Assembly (NCBI GenBank): GCA_964400155.1
Contig: CAYNSQ010000002.1
Location: forward strand, 6,797 to 70,796
Direction of reading: 5' to 3'
Length of the DNA: 64,000 nucleotides
DNA from: an uncultured Candidatus Saccharibacteria bacterium
GTDB taxonomy: Bacteria; Patescibacteriota; Saccharimonadia; Saccharimonadales; UBA10212
In this document: positions 43,011 through 53,206 of the stretch, in pieces
How the letters are laid out: the number at the start of each line of letters is the position of its first letter
Numbering within the stretch: position 1 is the first letter of the stretch
Position numbers and translations under genes: made by a program
Notes under the pieces: model-generated
Seen by the model: only the letters and a program-made list of their open reading frames with translations
Databases searched by the model: none
Told to the model about the DNA's origin: nothing

Positions 43011-45490
43011 AAGTTAGTCTTAATTGGGTTAGAGAATTTACCGATGTTGATTTATCAATTGGCGAATTAGTAGAAAAAATTGGTGCGCAGTTGGGGGCTG
43101 TAGATGGTGTTGAAAATCTTGAAGAAAAATACAAAGGTATTGTGGTTGTTGAAGTTTTGGAGTCTAACAAACATCCCAATGCTGACAAATTATCGGTATG
43201 TATCGTTGACGACGGTGGTCAAATAAAAGAAGTTGACCGCAATAGTTCTGGTCATGTGCAGATTGTTTGTGGTGCGCCAAACGTCAGAGCAGGAATGTTG
43301 GCAGTCTGGATACCACCGGGTACAGTTGTGCCGAGTACTGCCGGCAAAGATCCATTTATGATTGAGGCTAGAGAAATACGAGGAATTGTTAGCAATGGTA
43401 TGTTGGCTAGCGCCAAAGAACTCGGGCTCGGTGACAACCATGAAGGCATACTTGAAATTGATGAGAAATTAAAACTCGGTAAGTCTTTTGCAGAATCATA
43501 CAAACTCAACGATCATATCATTGATATTGAAAATAAAATGTTTACTCACCGACCTGACTGTTTTGGTATGTTGGGTGTTGCGAGAGAGCTTGCCGGAATA
43601 GAGATGCGGAGTTTTAAAAGCCCGGATTGGTACAAGCAAGGCGCCAAAGCACCATCAATAAAAGCAAGTCCTTTTAGATTGATTGTAAATAATGATATAC
43701 CCAAGCTGGTGCCACGATTTTGTCTACTACCCATTAGCGATGTTAAAGTTGAGCCGAGTCCGCTATGGCTACAAGCTAGGTTGCGAAGTGTTGGGGTTCG
43801 GCCAATCAATAATATTGTAGACATTACTAACTATTTTATGTTGGAGACCGCTCAACCACTGCATGCTTATGACTACGATAAATTGAATTCTGGTAGGCTT
43901 GATGTGAGGTTGAGCAAAGAAGGCGAAGAGTTGAAGTTGTTGGGTGGAAAAAAACTCAAACTTCTGCCAGATGTAATTGTAATAACCGATGGCCAGAAAT
44001 CAATTGGTCTGGGTGGAATTATGGGTGGTGCAGATACTGAAGTCGACGAGTCAACTAAGAACATAGTTTTGGAATGCGGGACATTTGATATGAATGCTAC
44101 ACGCCGAAGTGCTATGGCACATGGTTTATTCACTGATGCTGCAACTCGTTTTACAAAATCTCAAAGTCCGCTGCAGAATCGTGCGGTTATAACCAAAGCA
44201 GCTGAAGAAATTATTAAAATCGCTGGTGGGGGGATTGCCGGTGATCTGATAGATGAGCATCTTGCCTTGCCGAGCAGTAAAGTAGTAAACATTGATGCCG
44301 GTTTTATCAACAAACGGTTAGGGCTTAACCTAAAAGCTGAGCAAATTGAAAAAATTTTGACTAATGTTGAATTCAAAGTAGTTCGACAAAAAGATAACTT
44401 AACTATTACTTCTCCCTTTTGGCGAACTGACATAGAAATCCCTGAAGATATAGTAGAAGAAGTAGGTCGCCTTTTCGGCTATGATAAATTATTGCTCTCT
44501 TTACCTGGCCGTGATCTTACACCGGCTTCACAAGACAAGTCACTCGTTTTTAAACAAAAATTAAGCTCAATTATGAGCGCTGCTGGTGCAAACGAGATGC
44601 TTAGTTATAGTTTTGTCCATAGTTCCTTACTTGGCAAAGCTGGTCAAGATGCAAAAGATGCTTATAAAATTCGTAATGCGCTAAGTCCAGATTTGCAGTA
44701 TTACCGGCTCAGTCTGACTCCAAGTTTACTCGATAAGGTTCATGCTAACATCAAACAAGATAACGACATGTTTGTACTTTTTGAAATTGGTAAGACTCAC
44801 TCTAAACAACGTCCGACCGACGGATACGATAAAGTTCCCAAAGAAATAGATACACTTTGTGCCGTATATGCAGAAAAAGATACTAAAACAACAAATGATA
44901 GCGGAGCTGCTTACTATTACATTCGAGCATATTTGGATAACCTTGCCTCAAGACTTGGAGTTAGTTTTGTTTACACACCGCTAACTCATAAGTTAGAATC
45001 GTTAGTTTCTAGACCATACGATGATGCACGCTCAGCATCTATTTCAGTAAACAACTTAGGTGAGCAAATTGGAATAATCGGTGAGTTTAAAAGCGAAGTT
45101 GTTAGTGGGTTTAAATTACCAAGAAGATGTGCAGGTTTTGAAATAGATATAACCAAACTGATTGATAGTTTGGTAGAAGGGTCTAATTACCAGCCACTGC
45201 CAAAATATCCCAAAGTTCATCAAGAGATTACAATAAAAGTTCCGTCAAAAAAATTGTTTAGTGAAGTCTCTGCGTGCCTTGAAAACAGTCTTGCTGAAAA
45301 CCAACCGCCGCATTCAGTAGCAAAATTAACCCCAGTTAGTATTTATAAAAAAGAAGCTAAAACGACAAATTATAGTTTTAAACTTGATATTGCCAGCCAT
45401 CAGAGGACATTACAGGCAGAAGAAATCAACATATTATTAGATGATTTAGCGAAAACCGCGCATAAGTTACTAGGTGCCGAAAGAGTATAA
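43007..45490 (+). CDS. pheT: phenylalanine--tRNA ligase beta subunit
   Basis: 827 aa. MKVSLNWVREF start, tRNA-binding domain (HPNADKLSVC), then B3/4, B5 and FDX-ACB regions in the usual order. Confidence 0.9.
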   Translation: MKVSLNWVREFTDVDLSIGELVEKIGAQLGAVDGVENLEEKYKGIVVVEVLESNKHPNADKLSVCIVDDGGQIKEVDRNSSGHVQIVCGAPNVRAGMLAVWIPPGTVVPSTAGKDPFMIEAREIRGIVSNGMLASAKELGLGDNHEGILEIDEKLKLGKSFAESYKLNDHIIDIENKMFTHRPDCFGMLGVARELAGIEMRSFKSPDWYKQGAKAPSIKASPFRLIVNNDIPKLVPRFCLLPISDVKVEPSPLWLQARLRSVGVRPINNIVDITNYFMLETAQPLHAYDYDKLNSGRLDVRLSKEGEELKLLGGKKLKLLPDVIVITDGQKSIGLGGIMGGADTEVDESTKNIVLECGTFDMNATRRSAMAHGLFTDAATRFTKSQSPLQNRAVITKAAEEIIKIAGGGIAGDLIDEHLALPSSKVVNIDAGFINKRLGLNLKAEQIEKILTNVEFKVVRQKDNLTITSPFWRTDIEIPEDIVEEVGRLFGYDKLLLSLPGRDLTPASQDKSLVFKQKLSSIMSAAGANEMLSYSFVHSSLLGKAGQDAKDAYKIRNALSPDLQYYRLSLTPSLLDKVHANIKQDNDMFVLFEIGKTHSKQRPTDGYDKVPKEIDTLCAVYAEKDTKTTNDSGAAYYYIRAYLDNLASRLGVSFVYTPLTHKLESLVSRPYDDARSASISVNNLGEQIGIIGEFKSEVVSGFKLPRRCAGFEIDITKLIDSLVEGSNYQPLPKYPKVHQEITIKVPSKKLFSEVSACLENSLAENQPPHSVAKLTPVSIYKKEAKTTNYSFKLDIASHQRTLQAEEINILLDDLAKTAHKLLGAERV

Positions 45491-45542
45491 AATTGATACA
45501 AGGTTTGATAAATCTAGTGCAAATCAATAAACTAATAGATTA

Positions 45543-48398
45543 ATGGGATTTTTTAAGAATAGGTCAAAAAATACCAACAAACTTCCTATGGCTGCCAGGG
45601 TAAGCCTGTTTTTTTATGATCGTCCAAAGTCATCGGCTCTACTTTGGATAATAGTTCTGGCAGTTGGAATCGCTAGCTATACCACTTTCCTTAAAAGGGA
45701 AGGGTTCCCATCTATTGAAGCCCCATACGGCGTAGTGTCAGGTACATACTTGGTTAATGATGCGGAAGTTGTTGACCGTGATGTTGGAAAACCACTTTCC
45801 AATATAATTGGACAATCACCGGACGTTAAATTTTCTGATGTTAGTTCTTACAGTAATTTTTTCAATGCAATTATTCAGTTTGAAGAGGGCACAGATGCCA
45901 AGGTCGCCGTACCTCAGCTTCAACAAAAAATAGATAGCAGTGGAGCATTGCCGGCAGAGGCAAAATACCAAGTCAAACCATTGAGTTTTGGTGTCAATGA
46001 ACGCGGTGACGATATGTTGGTTGCATTTTATAGTGACGACAACAGTGTCTCCTTAGAAGAGCTGGTACAAAAAGCCAACCAAGCAGTACAACAACTTAAG
46101 AACGATAAGAATTTAACACAAGCAGATCGCATTGAAGTTATAGACCCATTCGCGAGAGGCAAAGACCCAGTTACCGGCACAATTACATCGACCCAAAAAA
46201 GTTTTGATAGATTTGGAAATAGGCAAAACAACCAGTCTAAGTCATATGTTTCAGTAAACATAGGCATTACGGGTGTTAAAGGCTTTGATGTTTTAGAATT
46301 GGACGACCAGGTCCAATCTGCCGTGGACTCAATTAATCAGAGCCAAGATTTTCAAGGTTTTAGTTCGAGTGTAGCCTACAGTATCGCACCCTCAATAAAC
46401 GACCAAATTAACGGTTTGCAAAAAGCTTTGGCAGAAGGGCTAATTGCCATTTTGGTTGTTAGTGCAATACTAATTGCCTTGCGAGCTTCCTTAATTACGG
46501 TGCTGGCTATGGTTGTAGTCATAATGGCAACTCTGGGTGTTCTGCTTGGCATTGGCTATAGCTTAAATACAATAACTTTGTTTTCATTAGTCCTTTGTCT
46601 GAGCCTGATAGTAGACGACACCATAATTATGGTTGAGGCTATTGATGCCCAGCGGCGAAAGCTGAAAAATGCTAGAGAAGTAATTGAAAAATCAGCTAAG
46701 AAGATAAGTCGAGTCATGGTAGCTGCTACTTTAACAGCGGCTATGGCGTTTGCTCCGCTTATATTCGTTGGTGGTGTTCTAGGCGAATTTATTAGAGCAA
46801 TTCCAGTTACTGTAATTACGAGTCTGTTAGTAAGTTTATTTGTGGCACTTACATTTATCCCATTTCTATCCAGGTTTGTTTTACTGCGCAGGTCACAACT
46901 TGGCAAGGGAGATGAAGGAAAAAAAGAATCAGTAGCTCATCATCTGGAAAGATTTATTGCCGGCAGTTTGGCCAGACCGCTTCTATGGACTAACCATCAT
47001 CGCAAAAGACAAGTTGGTCTAGGACTTGTGGCGCTTGGTATAGGTATTGGATTTATAGTCGCTGGAGGGATGCTATTTTCCAAGGTTGGATTTAATATTT
47101 TTGCACCTAGTAAAGATTCAAACCAAATTCAATTAGAAATTACATTTGAGCCAGGTAAAGATATAAACCAAACCCAAAAAATAGCTGACGAAGCAAATGA
47201 GATTATCAAAAGAGATATGGGTGCAAATTTGGAACAGTTTTCATATTTTGATAGTGGTAATACTGAAAAAGCATCAGTCTATATTAACCTGATTTCATTT
47301 AGAAGCCGTAGCGTTACGGCAATCCAACTTGCCGACAAACTAGATAAAAATCTAAACAACGAGGTGGATGGAGCCCTATTTCAGGCGGGACAACTAGACG
47401 TAGGTCCACCAGTCAGTGCCTTTGGCGTTAGAATACAATCGACAAATAAAGAAGGCTCACAGCAACTAGCAAAAGATGTAAGTAAATTCTTAGAAAACGT
47501 TCAGCTCGAACGTCCTGACGGTACGGTAGCATCAATGAAGAACGTTACTGCTTCTAACCCTGATTCTATCACGCGACGAGACGGTAACAGATATATAGTT
47601 GTTAAAGCTGAATTTGACGGTGATGATACTTCAACTCTGGTAATACTTGCTCAGGATGCCGTTAAAAAAGAATACACAAAAGAGAAACTCGCCACTTTTG
47701 GTCTTAAATCAGACGTAATAAAATTTGATATTGGGCAAGAAGAAGAAAATCAAGATTCCTTCAAAACACTTCTCATTGCCTTTCCGATACTTCTATTGGC
47801 AATATATTTGCTGTTAACTCTTCAATTCAAGTCACTTCTTCAACCTATACTTATTTTTACGGCACTTCCATTTAGCCTATTTGGAATAACTACCGGTCTT
47901 TGGCTGACCGACAATGCCTTCTCGTTCTTTACTATGCTCGGATTCTTTGCCTTAATTGGTCTAAGTATTAAAAACACTATTCTATTGACAGACTATGCTA
48001 ACCAATCGCGACGAGACGGTGAAACTGCAGTAGAAGCCGCAGCAAGTGCACTAAAGGAACGTTTTCGACCGCTTATCGCAACAAGCCTTACTGCCGTTGT
48101 CTCCTTGATCCCGCTTTACTACAGTGATCCTTTTTGGGAAGGACTTACGGTAACGCTAATGTTTGGGCTAATTTCATCAACGTTCTTGGTTGTAACTGTT
48201 TTTCCTTACTACTATCTCGGTGCAGAATATTTGCGTCTACGTATTCGTCGCCGGGTTTTTGCTATTTGGCTACTGCTTTGTGCTGTTCAAAGTTTTATTT
48301 TTGTTAAATTGGACCTTGTCTGGCTGGTGCCGATAGGAATTCTTGTGACTAGTTTTTGCCTGCCATATATATTAAGGTCGTTTGCTAAATCAAAGTAA
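45543..48398 (+). CDS. RND superfamily efflux permease (AcrB/AcrD/AcrF-like)
   Basis: 951 aa with a 12-TM/two-large-loop architecture. Conserved TM4-like segment SLVLCLSLIVDDTIIMVEAI and TM10-like GLSIKNTILLTDYA. Confidence 0.8.
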   Translation: MGFFKNRSKNTNKLPMAARVSLFFYDRPKSSALLWIIVLAVGIASYTTFLKREGFPSIEAPYGVVSGTYLVNDAEVVDRDVGKPLSNIIGQSPDVKFSDVSSYSNFFNAIIQFEEGTDAKVAVPQLQQKIDSSGALPAEAKYQVKPLSFGVNERGDDMLVAFYSDDNSVSLEELVQKANQAVQQLKNDKNLTQADRIEVIDPFARGKDPVTGTITSTQKSFDRFGNRQNNQSKSYVSVNIGITGVKGFDVLELDDQVQSAVDSINQSQDFQGFSSSVAYSIAPSINDQINGLQKALAEGLIAILVVSAILIALRASLITVLAMVVVIMATLGVLLGIGYSLNTITLFSLVLCLSLIVDDTIIMVEAIDAQRRKLKNAREVIEKSAKKISRVMVAATLTAAMAFAPLIFVGGVLGEFIRAIPVTVITSLLVSLFVALTFIPFLSRFVLLRRSQLGKGDEGKKESVAHHLERFIAGSLARPLLWTNHHRKRQVGLGLVALGIGIGFIVAGGMLFSKVGFNIFAPSKDSNQIQLEITFEPGKDINQTQKIADEANEIIKRDMGANLEQFSYFDSGNTEKASVYINLISFRSRSVTAIQLADKLDKNLNNEVDGALFQAGQLDVGPPVSAFGVRIQSTNKEGSQQLAKDVSKFLENVQLERPDGTVASMKNVTASNPDSITRRDGNRYIVVKAEFDGDDTSTLVILAQDAVKKEYTKEKLATFGLKSDVIKFDIGQEEENQDSFKTLLIAFPILLLAIYLLLTLQFKSLLQPILIFTALPFSLFGITTGLWLTDNAFSFFTMLGFFALIGLSIKNTILLTDYANQSRRDGETAVEAAASALKERFRPLIATSLTAVVSLIPLYYSDPFWEGLTVTLMFGLISSTFLVVTVFPYYYLGAEYLRLRIRRRVFAIWLLLCAVQSFIFVKLDLVWLVPIGILVTSFCLPYILRSFAKSK

Positions 48399-48422
48399 CA
48401 GTGTAAGGAGTATCATAGAATA

Positions 48423-49007
48423 ATGAGTGTAGGTTCTGTAGCAAAAAGAAGTGGATGGATTTTTTTGGCACTACTATTTGTAGTAACCGGTTTAGGAGTA
48501 GGAGTGTACGGTTTTTGGCAATACACACATCCACCTGAAGAAAATTTGCCTCCTCAAGCCAGTCAACAGGAGACTCAATCAAATCAAGAAGTAGTAGGTG
48601 AAAATACGTCCAATGATAGTAGTACAACTAATAAATCAGGAAAGTTAGAGGGAACTGTGTTAGAAGGTTTTACACCGCAAGCAAAAGTAGCAGCACTAAA
48701 AATAGAAGACACCAAAGTTGGCACTGGTGCTGAAGTTAAGGCTGGGGCAACAGTAACTGCGCATTATACGGGAGCAGTTGCTTCAACTGGAAAAATATTT
48801 CAAAGTTCACTTGATACGGGGCAACCATTTACTTCACCACTATCCAATTTAATCAAGGGCTGGCAGAAAGGTATTCCTGGCATGAAAGAAGGCGGAGTAA
48901 GGCGACTAATTATTCCAGCAGAACAAGCATACGGAGCCAACCCACCTCCAGGTATTCCAGCAAATGCTGATTTAGTATTTGATATAGTTCTAATCTCTAC
49001 AAAATAG
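48423..49007 (+). CDS. membrane-anchored FKBP-type peptidyl-prolyl isomerase
   Basis: N-terminal TM and an FKBP core (VTAHYTG...GKIFQSS...GWQKGIPGMKEGGVRRLIIPAEQAYG...LVFDIVL). Confidence 0.85.
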   Translation: MSVGSVAKRSGWIFLALLFVVTGLGVGVYGFWQYTHPPEENLPPQASQQETQSNQEVVGENTSNDSSTTNKSGKLEGTVLEGFTPQAKVAALKIEDTKVGTGAEVKAGATVTAHYTGAVASTGKIFQSSLDTGQPFTSPLSNLIKGWQKGIPGMKEGGVRRLIIPAEQAYGANPPPGIPANADLVFDIVLISTK

Positions 49008-49134
49008 TTACTTGATTTTAAAAGTATTTTTTCAATAACTAATATAACCAGACTTTGGATTTTTTGCCTAAAAAATCATAGATTAATCTTGTAACTAGTG
49101 TTATTCAAGTGGATAAAACACAACATATAGCGTA

Positions 49135-49163
49135 TTGACTCAAGTCTAAGCACTAGCTATAGT
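49135..49163 (+). promoter_or_regulatory. sigma70-like promoter TTGACT-17 nt-TATAGT upstream of the glutaredoxin-like/trxB pair
   Basis: TTGACT at 49135-49140 and TATAGT at 49158-49163. Confidence 0.55.
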
Positions 49164-49225
49164 AGACATAGCAATCAAAAGCGACAGTTCGATAAACAAA
49201 AAACATAATAGAGGGGACAGCCAAG

Positions 49226-49474
49226 ATGGTTAAAAACATCACTATATTCACAACTAATACCTGCACTTACTGCGGTATGGTTAAAAAGTACTTATCAACT
49301 AAAGGGTTGTCCTATGAAGAGGTGAACTTAGAATCACATCCAGACCGTCAAGCCGAAGCTCTACAAATGAGCGGAGCACTAACAGTGCCAATCACAATTG
49401 TCACAAAACAAGACGACTCACAAGAAGTTATTATTGGATACAATCTATCAAGACTAGCACCGGCTGTTGCTTAA
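49226..49474 (+). CDS. glutaredoxin-like protein (NrdH/Grx family)
   Basis: 82 aa with the CTYC active site in ITIFTTNTCTYCGMVKKYL, plus a conserved TVPIT. Confidence 0.75.
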   Translation: MVKNITIFTTNTCTYCGMVKKYLSTKGLSYEEVNLESHPDRQAEALQMSGALTVPITIVTKQDDSQEVIIGYNLSRLAPAVA

Positions 49475-50414
49475 AAGTTCGATGGCGGATGTAAAGGATT
49501 TAGTTATAGTCGGCGCCGGACCAGCGGCGTTAAGTGCAGCTATTTATACTGCCCGTGAAGACATTGATACGACTTTAATAGAAAAGGGAGCTATAGGCGG
49601 CCTGGCTGCTATTACTGATTGGGTAGATAACTACCCAGGCTTTGCTGACGGGCTAGAAGGACTAAAACTAGCCGATGCCATGCGTGCCCAAGCCGAGCGA
49701 TTTGGCGCCAAGATAGAACTCAACGAAGTAACGGGAATAACCCGAAATGGAGACAATCTGGTTGTCAAATTAATAGACGGCGAGATGTCAACCAAGACTG
49801 TCCTGATTGCCACTGGTAGTGACTACCGTAAAATTGGCGTTCCTGGAGAACTTGAATACTACGCCCGTGGTGTACATTACTGTGCCACGTGTGATGGCGC
49901 TTTTTACCGTGACAAAAAACTTGTTGTAGTAGGCGGAGGAAACTCAGCTGTCCAAGAATCCCTATTTTTAACGAGATTTGCTAACCACATTGATTTGCTT
50001 GTACGTAGCAAACTTCGGGCGAGCGATGTTCTTATTAAAGAACTTGAAAAACACAAAGATAAAATAACAGTACATCTGGCTACGACTACAGATGAAATTG
50101 TTGGCAAGGACGGCAAGGTAACAAAAGTAGTCGGTACCGCTACTAAAACCGGTAATAAGGTTGAGTTTGCTTGCGACGGTGTATTTATATTTGTAGGGCT
50201 TGATCCTAACACCGGCTTTTTAGATGGTTCTGAAATTGAGTTAGATGAACAACGATTTATTAAATCCAACCAAGATTTAATGACTAATGTGACTGGTGTC
50301 TTTGTGGCAGGTGATGTTCGTTCTGGTGCAACCATGCAGATTGCCAGTGCAACTGGTGAAGGAGCGACTGCAGCGCTTAAGATTCGAGAATATCTTGATC
50401 ACTTGGACGTATAA
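49467..50414 (+). CDS. trxB: thioredoxin-disulfide reductase
   Basis: GAGPAALSAAIY, redox-active CATCDG, GGGNSAVQE and AGDVRSG. The start may be the ATG at 49482. Confidence 0.9.
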   Translation: MLKSSMADVKDLVIVGAGPAALSAAIYTAREDIDTTLIEKGAIGGLAAITDWVDNYPGFADGLEGLKLADAMRAQAERFGAKIELNEVTGITRNGDNLVVKLIDGEMSTKTVLIATGSDYRKIGVPGELEYYARGVHYCATCDGAFYRDKKLVVVGGGNSAVQESLFLTRFANHIDLLVRSKLRASDVLIKELEKHKDKITVHLATTTDEIVGKDGKVTKVVGTATKTGNKVEFACDGVFIFVGLDPNTGFLDGSEIELDEQRFIKSNQDLMTNVTGVFVAGDVRSGATMQIASATGEGATAALKIREYLDHLDV

Positions 50415-51096
50415 ACTCTAGAGCTCTATCCGGGTAATCAGTACAGACAATAAGATCAGGGTAAAATTTAGAAAAATGCTTTAGAAGTAACCTATTGTTG
50501 ACAGTGTAAAGCACCAATTTAACATTATGACGCTTGCAATATAGATATATGAAAACGTTGAACCAAATAAAATGAAGGGCAAGGCCGTGTAACTGTCTTT
50601 TACGAACCAGTCGTAACGTCTCTTGCGGATGCAAAATAGTTGAGGCAAACAACTTAACGTCCGGAAGTTTTTTTGCCAGCTGAACCAGAACCTTATGGTT
50701 ATTTGAACTAACCCATATATCTCGGTGCTTATAATCACTAAGAACACTCAATGTGCCTTTACTTAAGTAAAAATCTTTAATTTCAAAAAAAACGGGTTTA
50801 CTGCCTAGCGCATCAAGCGCTTGTCGAGCGGTGATAATTTTATTGCCGTCATGTGTACGTATTTTTTTAATCTCGTCGTATGTTAAGTTAAATATTCTTT
50901 TGTTGACTCCGGCCATTCTTCTAAAATCGGCATCATGAAAGACCACAGGGATGCCGTCCTTAGAAGTCCAAACATCAAATTCAACTCTATTAGCACCAGA
51001 CCTAGCGCCTACTAACAACGCTTGCATTGTATTTTCCGTTGCCAGCCCAGCGGCACCACGGTGAGAAATAATCTTCATCTGAATTCTAGTGTACAA
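50377..51096 (-). CDS. glycerophosphodiester phosphodiesterase family protein
   Basis: ISHRGAAG...ENT and VEFDVWTSKDGIPVVFHD. The 3' end overlaps trxB convergently by 38 nt. Confidence 0.8.
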   Translation of the reverse strand: MYTRIQMKIISHRGAAGLATENTMQALLVGARSGANRVEFDVWTSKDGIPVVFHDADFRRMAGVNKRIFNLTYDEIKKIRTHDGNKIITARQALDALGSKPVFFEIKDFYLSKGTLSVLSDYKHRDIWVSSNNHKVLVQLAKKLPDVKLFASTILHPQETLRLVRKRQLHGLALHFIWFNVFIYLYCKRHNVKLVLYTVNNRLLLKHFSKFYPDLIVCTDYPDRALEFIRPSDQDILES

Positions 51097-51123
51097 TTAT
51101 AATAGTCAAACAAGGAGAAAAAA

Positions 51124-51687
51124 GTGAGCGACAACAACTGTATTTGTGATAATTGTAAAACAACACCGGTTGAACCCGGAACTCCAGATAAAGTTAATTT
51201 AATTGTAGAAATTCAGCGTGGCGGTGGTCAAAATAAGTATGAATTTGATAAGGATACCGGCCGATTGACCCTTGACCGTGTAAATGGAACAACATCACGT
51301 TATCCGGCAGATTATGGTTATGTCCCAGGTACCTTGTGTGAAGATGGTGATCCATTGGATGCCCTGCTTATCATTGACGAACCGGTTGTGCATGGTGCTG
51401 TAGTTCCCGCTCGGCCAATAGGCGTTTTGTATATGATAGACGAAGGTGAAGGCGATGAAAAACTTATTTGCGTACCCGCCAAGGATGTTAGCAAAGATCA
51501 CTTAAATGATCTTTCAGATTTTTCAGACCAAGCAGCTCATTTTAAAAAAGTTGTCGAACATTTCTATGCCCACTACAAAGATTGGAAAAACAATTGGCAA
51601 GGGACCAGTGTTGAATTTAAGGGATGGGGTGGTTCTTCAGAGGCCCAAAAAGTTGTAGCAGAAGCAATTGCACGTGCGCATAATTAG
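51124..51687 (+). CDS. ppa: inorganic pyrophosphatase (family I)
   Basis: GTG start. KYEFDKDTG, YPADYGYVPGT, DGDPLDALL and DEGEGDEKLI. Confidence 0.9.
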   Translation: MSDNNCICDNCKTTPVEPGTPDKVNLIVEIQRGGGQNKYEFDKDTGRLTLDRVNGTTSRYPADYGYVPGTLCEDGDPLDALLIIDEPVVHGAVVPARPIGVLYMIDEGEGDEKLICVPAKDVSKDHLNDLSDFSDQAAHFKKVVEHFYAHYKDWKNNWQGTSVEFKGWGGSSEAQKVVAEAIARAHN

Positions 51688-51779
51688 AACTGCTTATGAC
51701 ACTTGCCTTGATAAGGTGAAAAACGTACAATAAAGCTAAACATAAGCAAAAGCACAACAACAGGGGGTAGGCTGGCTAA

Positions 51780-53144
51780 ATGAAGACAAAAATTGCTATC
51801 AACGGGTTTGGACGGATTGGTAGAAATGCTTTTAAAGTAGCGCATGCACGTGATGATCTTGAAGTGGTTGCCGTCAACGACCTAACTGACACAAAGACAC
51901 TGGCTCATCTACTAAAACACGACAGTAGCTACGGTGCATATAGCGCTGAAGTTGATTTTGATGAACACAACATAATTGTTGACGGTCACAGCGTGCAAGT
52001 ACTGGCAGAAAAAGATCCTGCTAATTTGCCCTGGAAAGACCTTGAAGTAGATATAGTAATTGAGTCTACCGGACTTTTTGTAGATCCGGCAAAGGCAAAA
52101 GCACACATTGAAGCCGGAGCTAAAAAAGTCATAATAAGTGCACCAGCCAAAGGTGATGGAGCGGATACAATTGTAATAGGAGTCAATGAAGACAAACTAG
52201 AATCCGCCGGTGAAATAATAAGCAATGCAAGTTGTACGACTAACTGCATTACACCAGTTATGGCAATCTTAGAAGACAATTTTGGTGTTGAGAAAGCTAT
52301 GATGACCACCGTGCACAGCTATACTGCCAGCCAGGTTCTTCAAGATGGTCCTGCTAAAGACATGCGTGAAGCACGGAGTGCAGCGGTAAATATTGTGCCA
52401 ACCACAACTGGAGCTAGTATAGCTGCTGCAAAAGCATTGCCTGCACTGGAGGGAATATTTGGTGGTATGAGCGTACGTGTTCCAACACCGGTAGTTTCGT
52501 TAAGTGATTTTGCTGTGGTTACCAAAAGGGAAGTAAGTGTTGATGAAGTTAATGAAGCTTTTAAAAAAGCAGCAGCCGATCCTTATTATCAGGGTATTTT
52601 AGCTGTCACTGAAGAAGAACTGGTAAGCACGGATTATATTGGTAACTCTCATTCAGCAATTGTAGATCTAAAGCTCACAAATGTGGTTGGAGGAAATTTA
52701 CTAAAAGTAGTAGCCTGGTACGATAACGAATGGGGATATTCGAATAGATTGGTTGAACTTACCGCTGATACTGGTCGACTGCTCCAAGGAGACAACCCGA
52801 CAGATAAAGATAGCGATAATAAGGCAGAAGACGATAAGTGGGACGTTAAGAATGATGACAATCCACTTGATGAGAAAGAATCCAAAGAAGAAGACAGTAA
52901 AGCAGAACTTGGCTTTGAACTACCTGATTTTGGGACAGAACCCGAGGACAAACCGAATATTGAGCAAAAAGAACATGAATTTCCTGTTCTTGGCAAACAC
53001 CAAGAAGCAATGTTGGACGCTCCGGAGAAGGAAGATCTATTATCGGAGGGGCATAAAGAGGTTTCAATTGAAAAAGTTGAGCTTGGCAGTGAACAAAGCG
53101 GCACTGATGAGATGACAGCAAATCAAAAAGACAATGAATCTTAA
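51780..53144 (+). CDS. gap: glyceraldehyde-3-phosphate dehydrogenase with a ~118-aa acidic C-terminal extension
   Basis: INGFGRIGR, active site SNASCTTNC and WYDNEWGYSNR. The low-complexity D/E/K-rich tail starts at about 52790. Confidence 0.9.
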   Translation: MKTKIAINGFGRIGRNAFKVAHARDDLEVVAVNDLTDTKTLAHLLKHDSSYGAYSAEVDFDEHNIIVDGHSVQVLAEKDPANLPWKDLEVDIVIESTGLFVDPAKAKAHIEAGAKKVIISAPAKGDGADTIVIGVNEDKLESAGEIISNASCTTNCITPVMAILEDNFGVEKAMMTTVHSYTASQVLQDGPAKDMREARSAAVNIVPTTTGASIAAAKALPALEGIFGGMSVRVPTPVVSLSDFAVVTKREVSVDEVNEAFKKAAADPYYQGILAVTEEELVSTDYIGNSHSAIVDLKLTNVVGGNLLKVVAWYDNEWGYSNRLVELTADTGRLLQGDNPTDKDSDNKAEDDKWDVKNDDNPLDEKESKEEDSKAELGFELPDFGTEPEDKPNIEQKEHEFPVLGKHQEAMLDAPEKEDLLSEGHKEVSIEKVELGSEQSGTDEMTANQKDNES

Positions 53145-53206
53145 AAACCAACGGCTTCAAAAAAAATTGATAGTCTCGCTTGAGGCTACTTGGATTTTTA
53201 GTCTGA

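Noticed and set aside
49080-49089. Perfect 10-bp palindrome AGATTAATCT and an 8-bp A/T hairpin (GATTTTTT-GCCT-AAAAAATC, about 49051-49070) upstream of the glutaredoxin/trxB promoter.
   Set aside because: Short AT-only palindromes are frequent in AT-rich spacers. This one lies about 45 nt upstream of the -35 box and nothing links it to a regulator.
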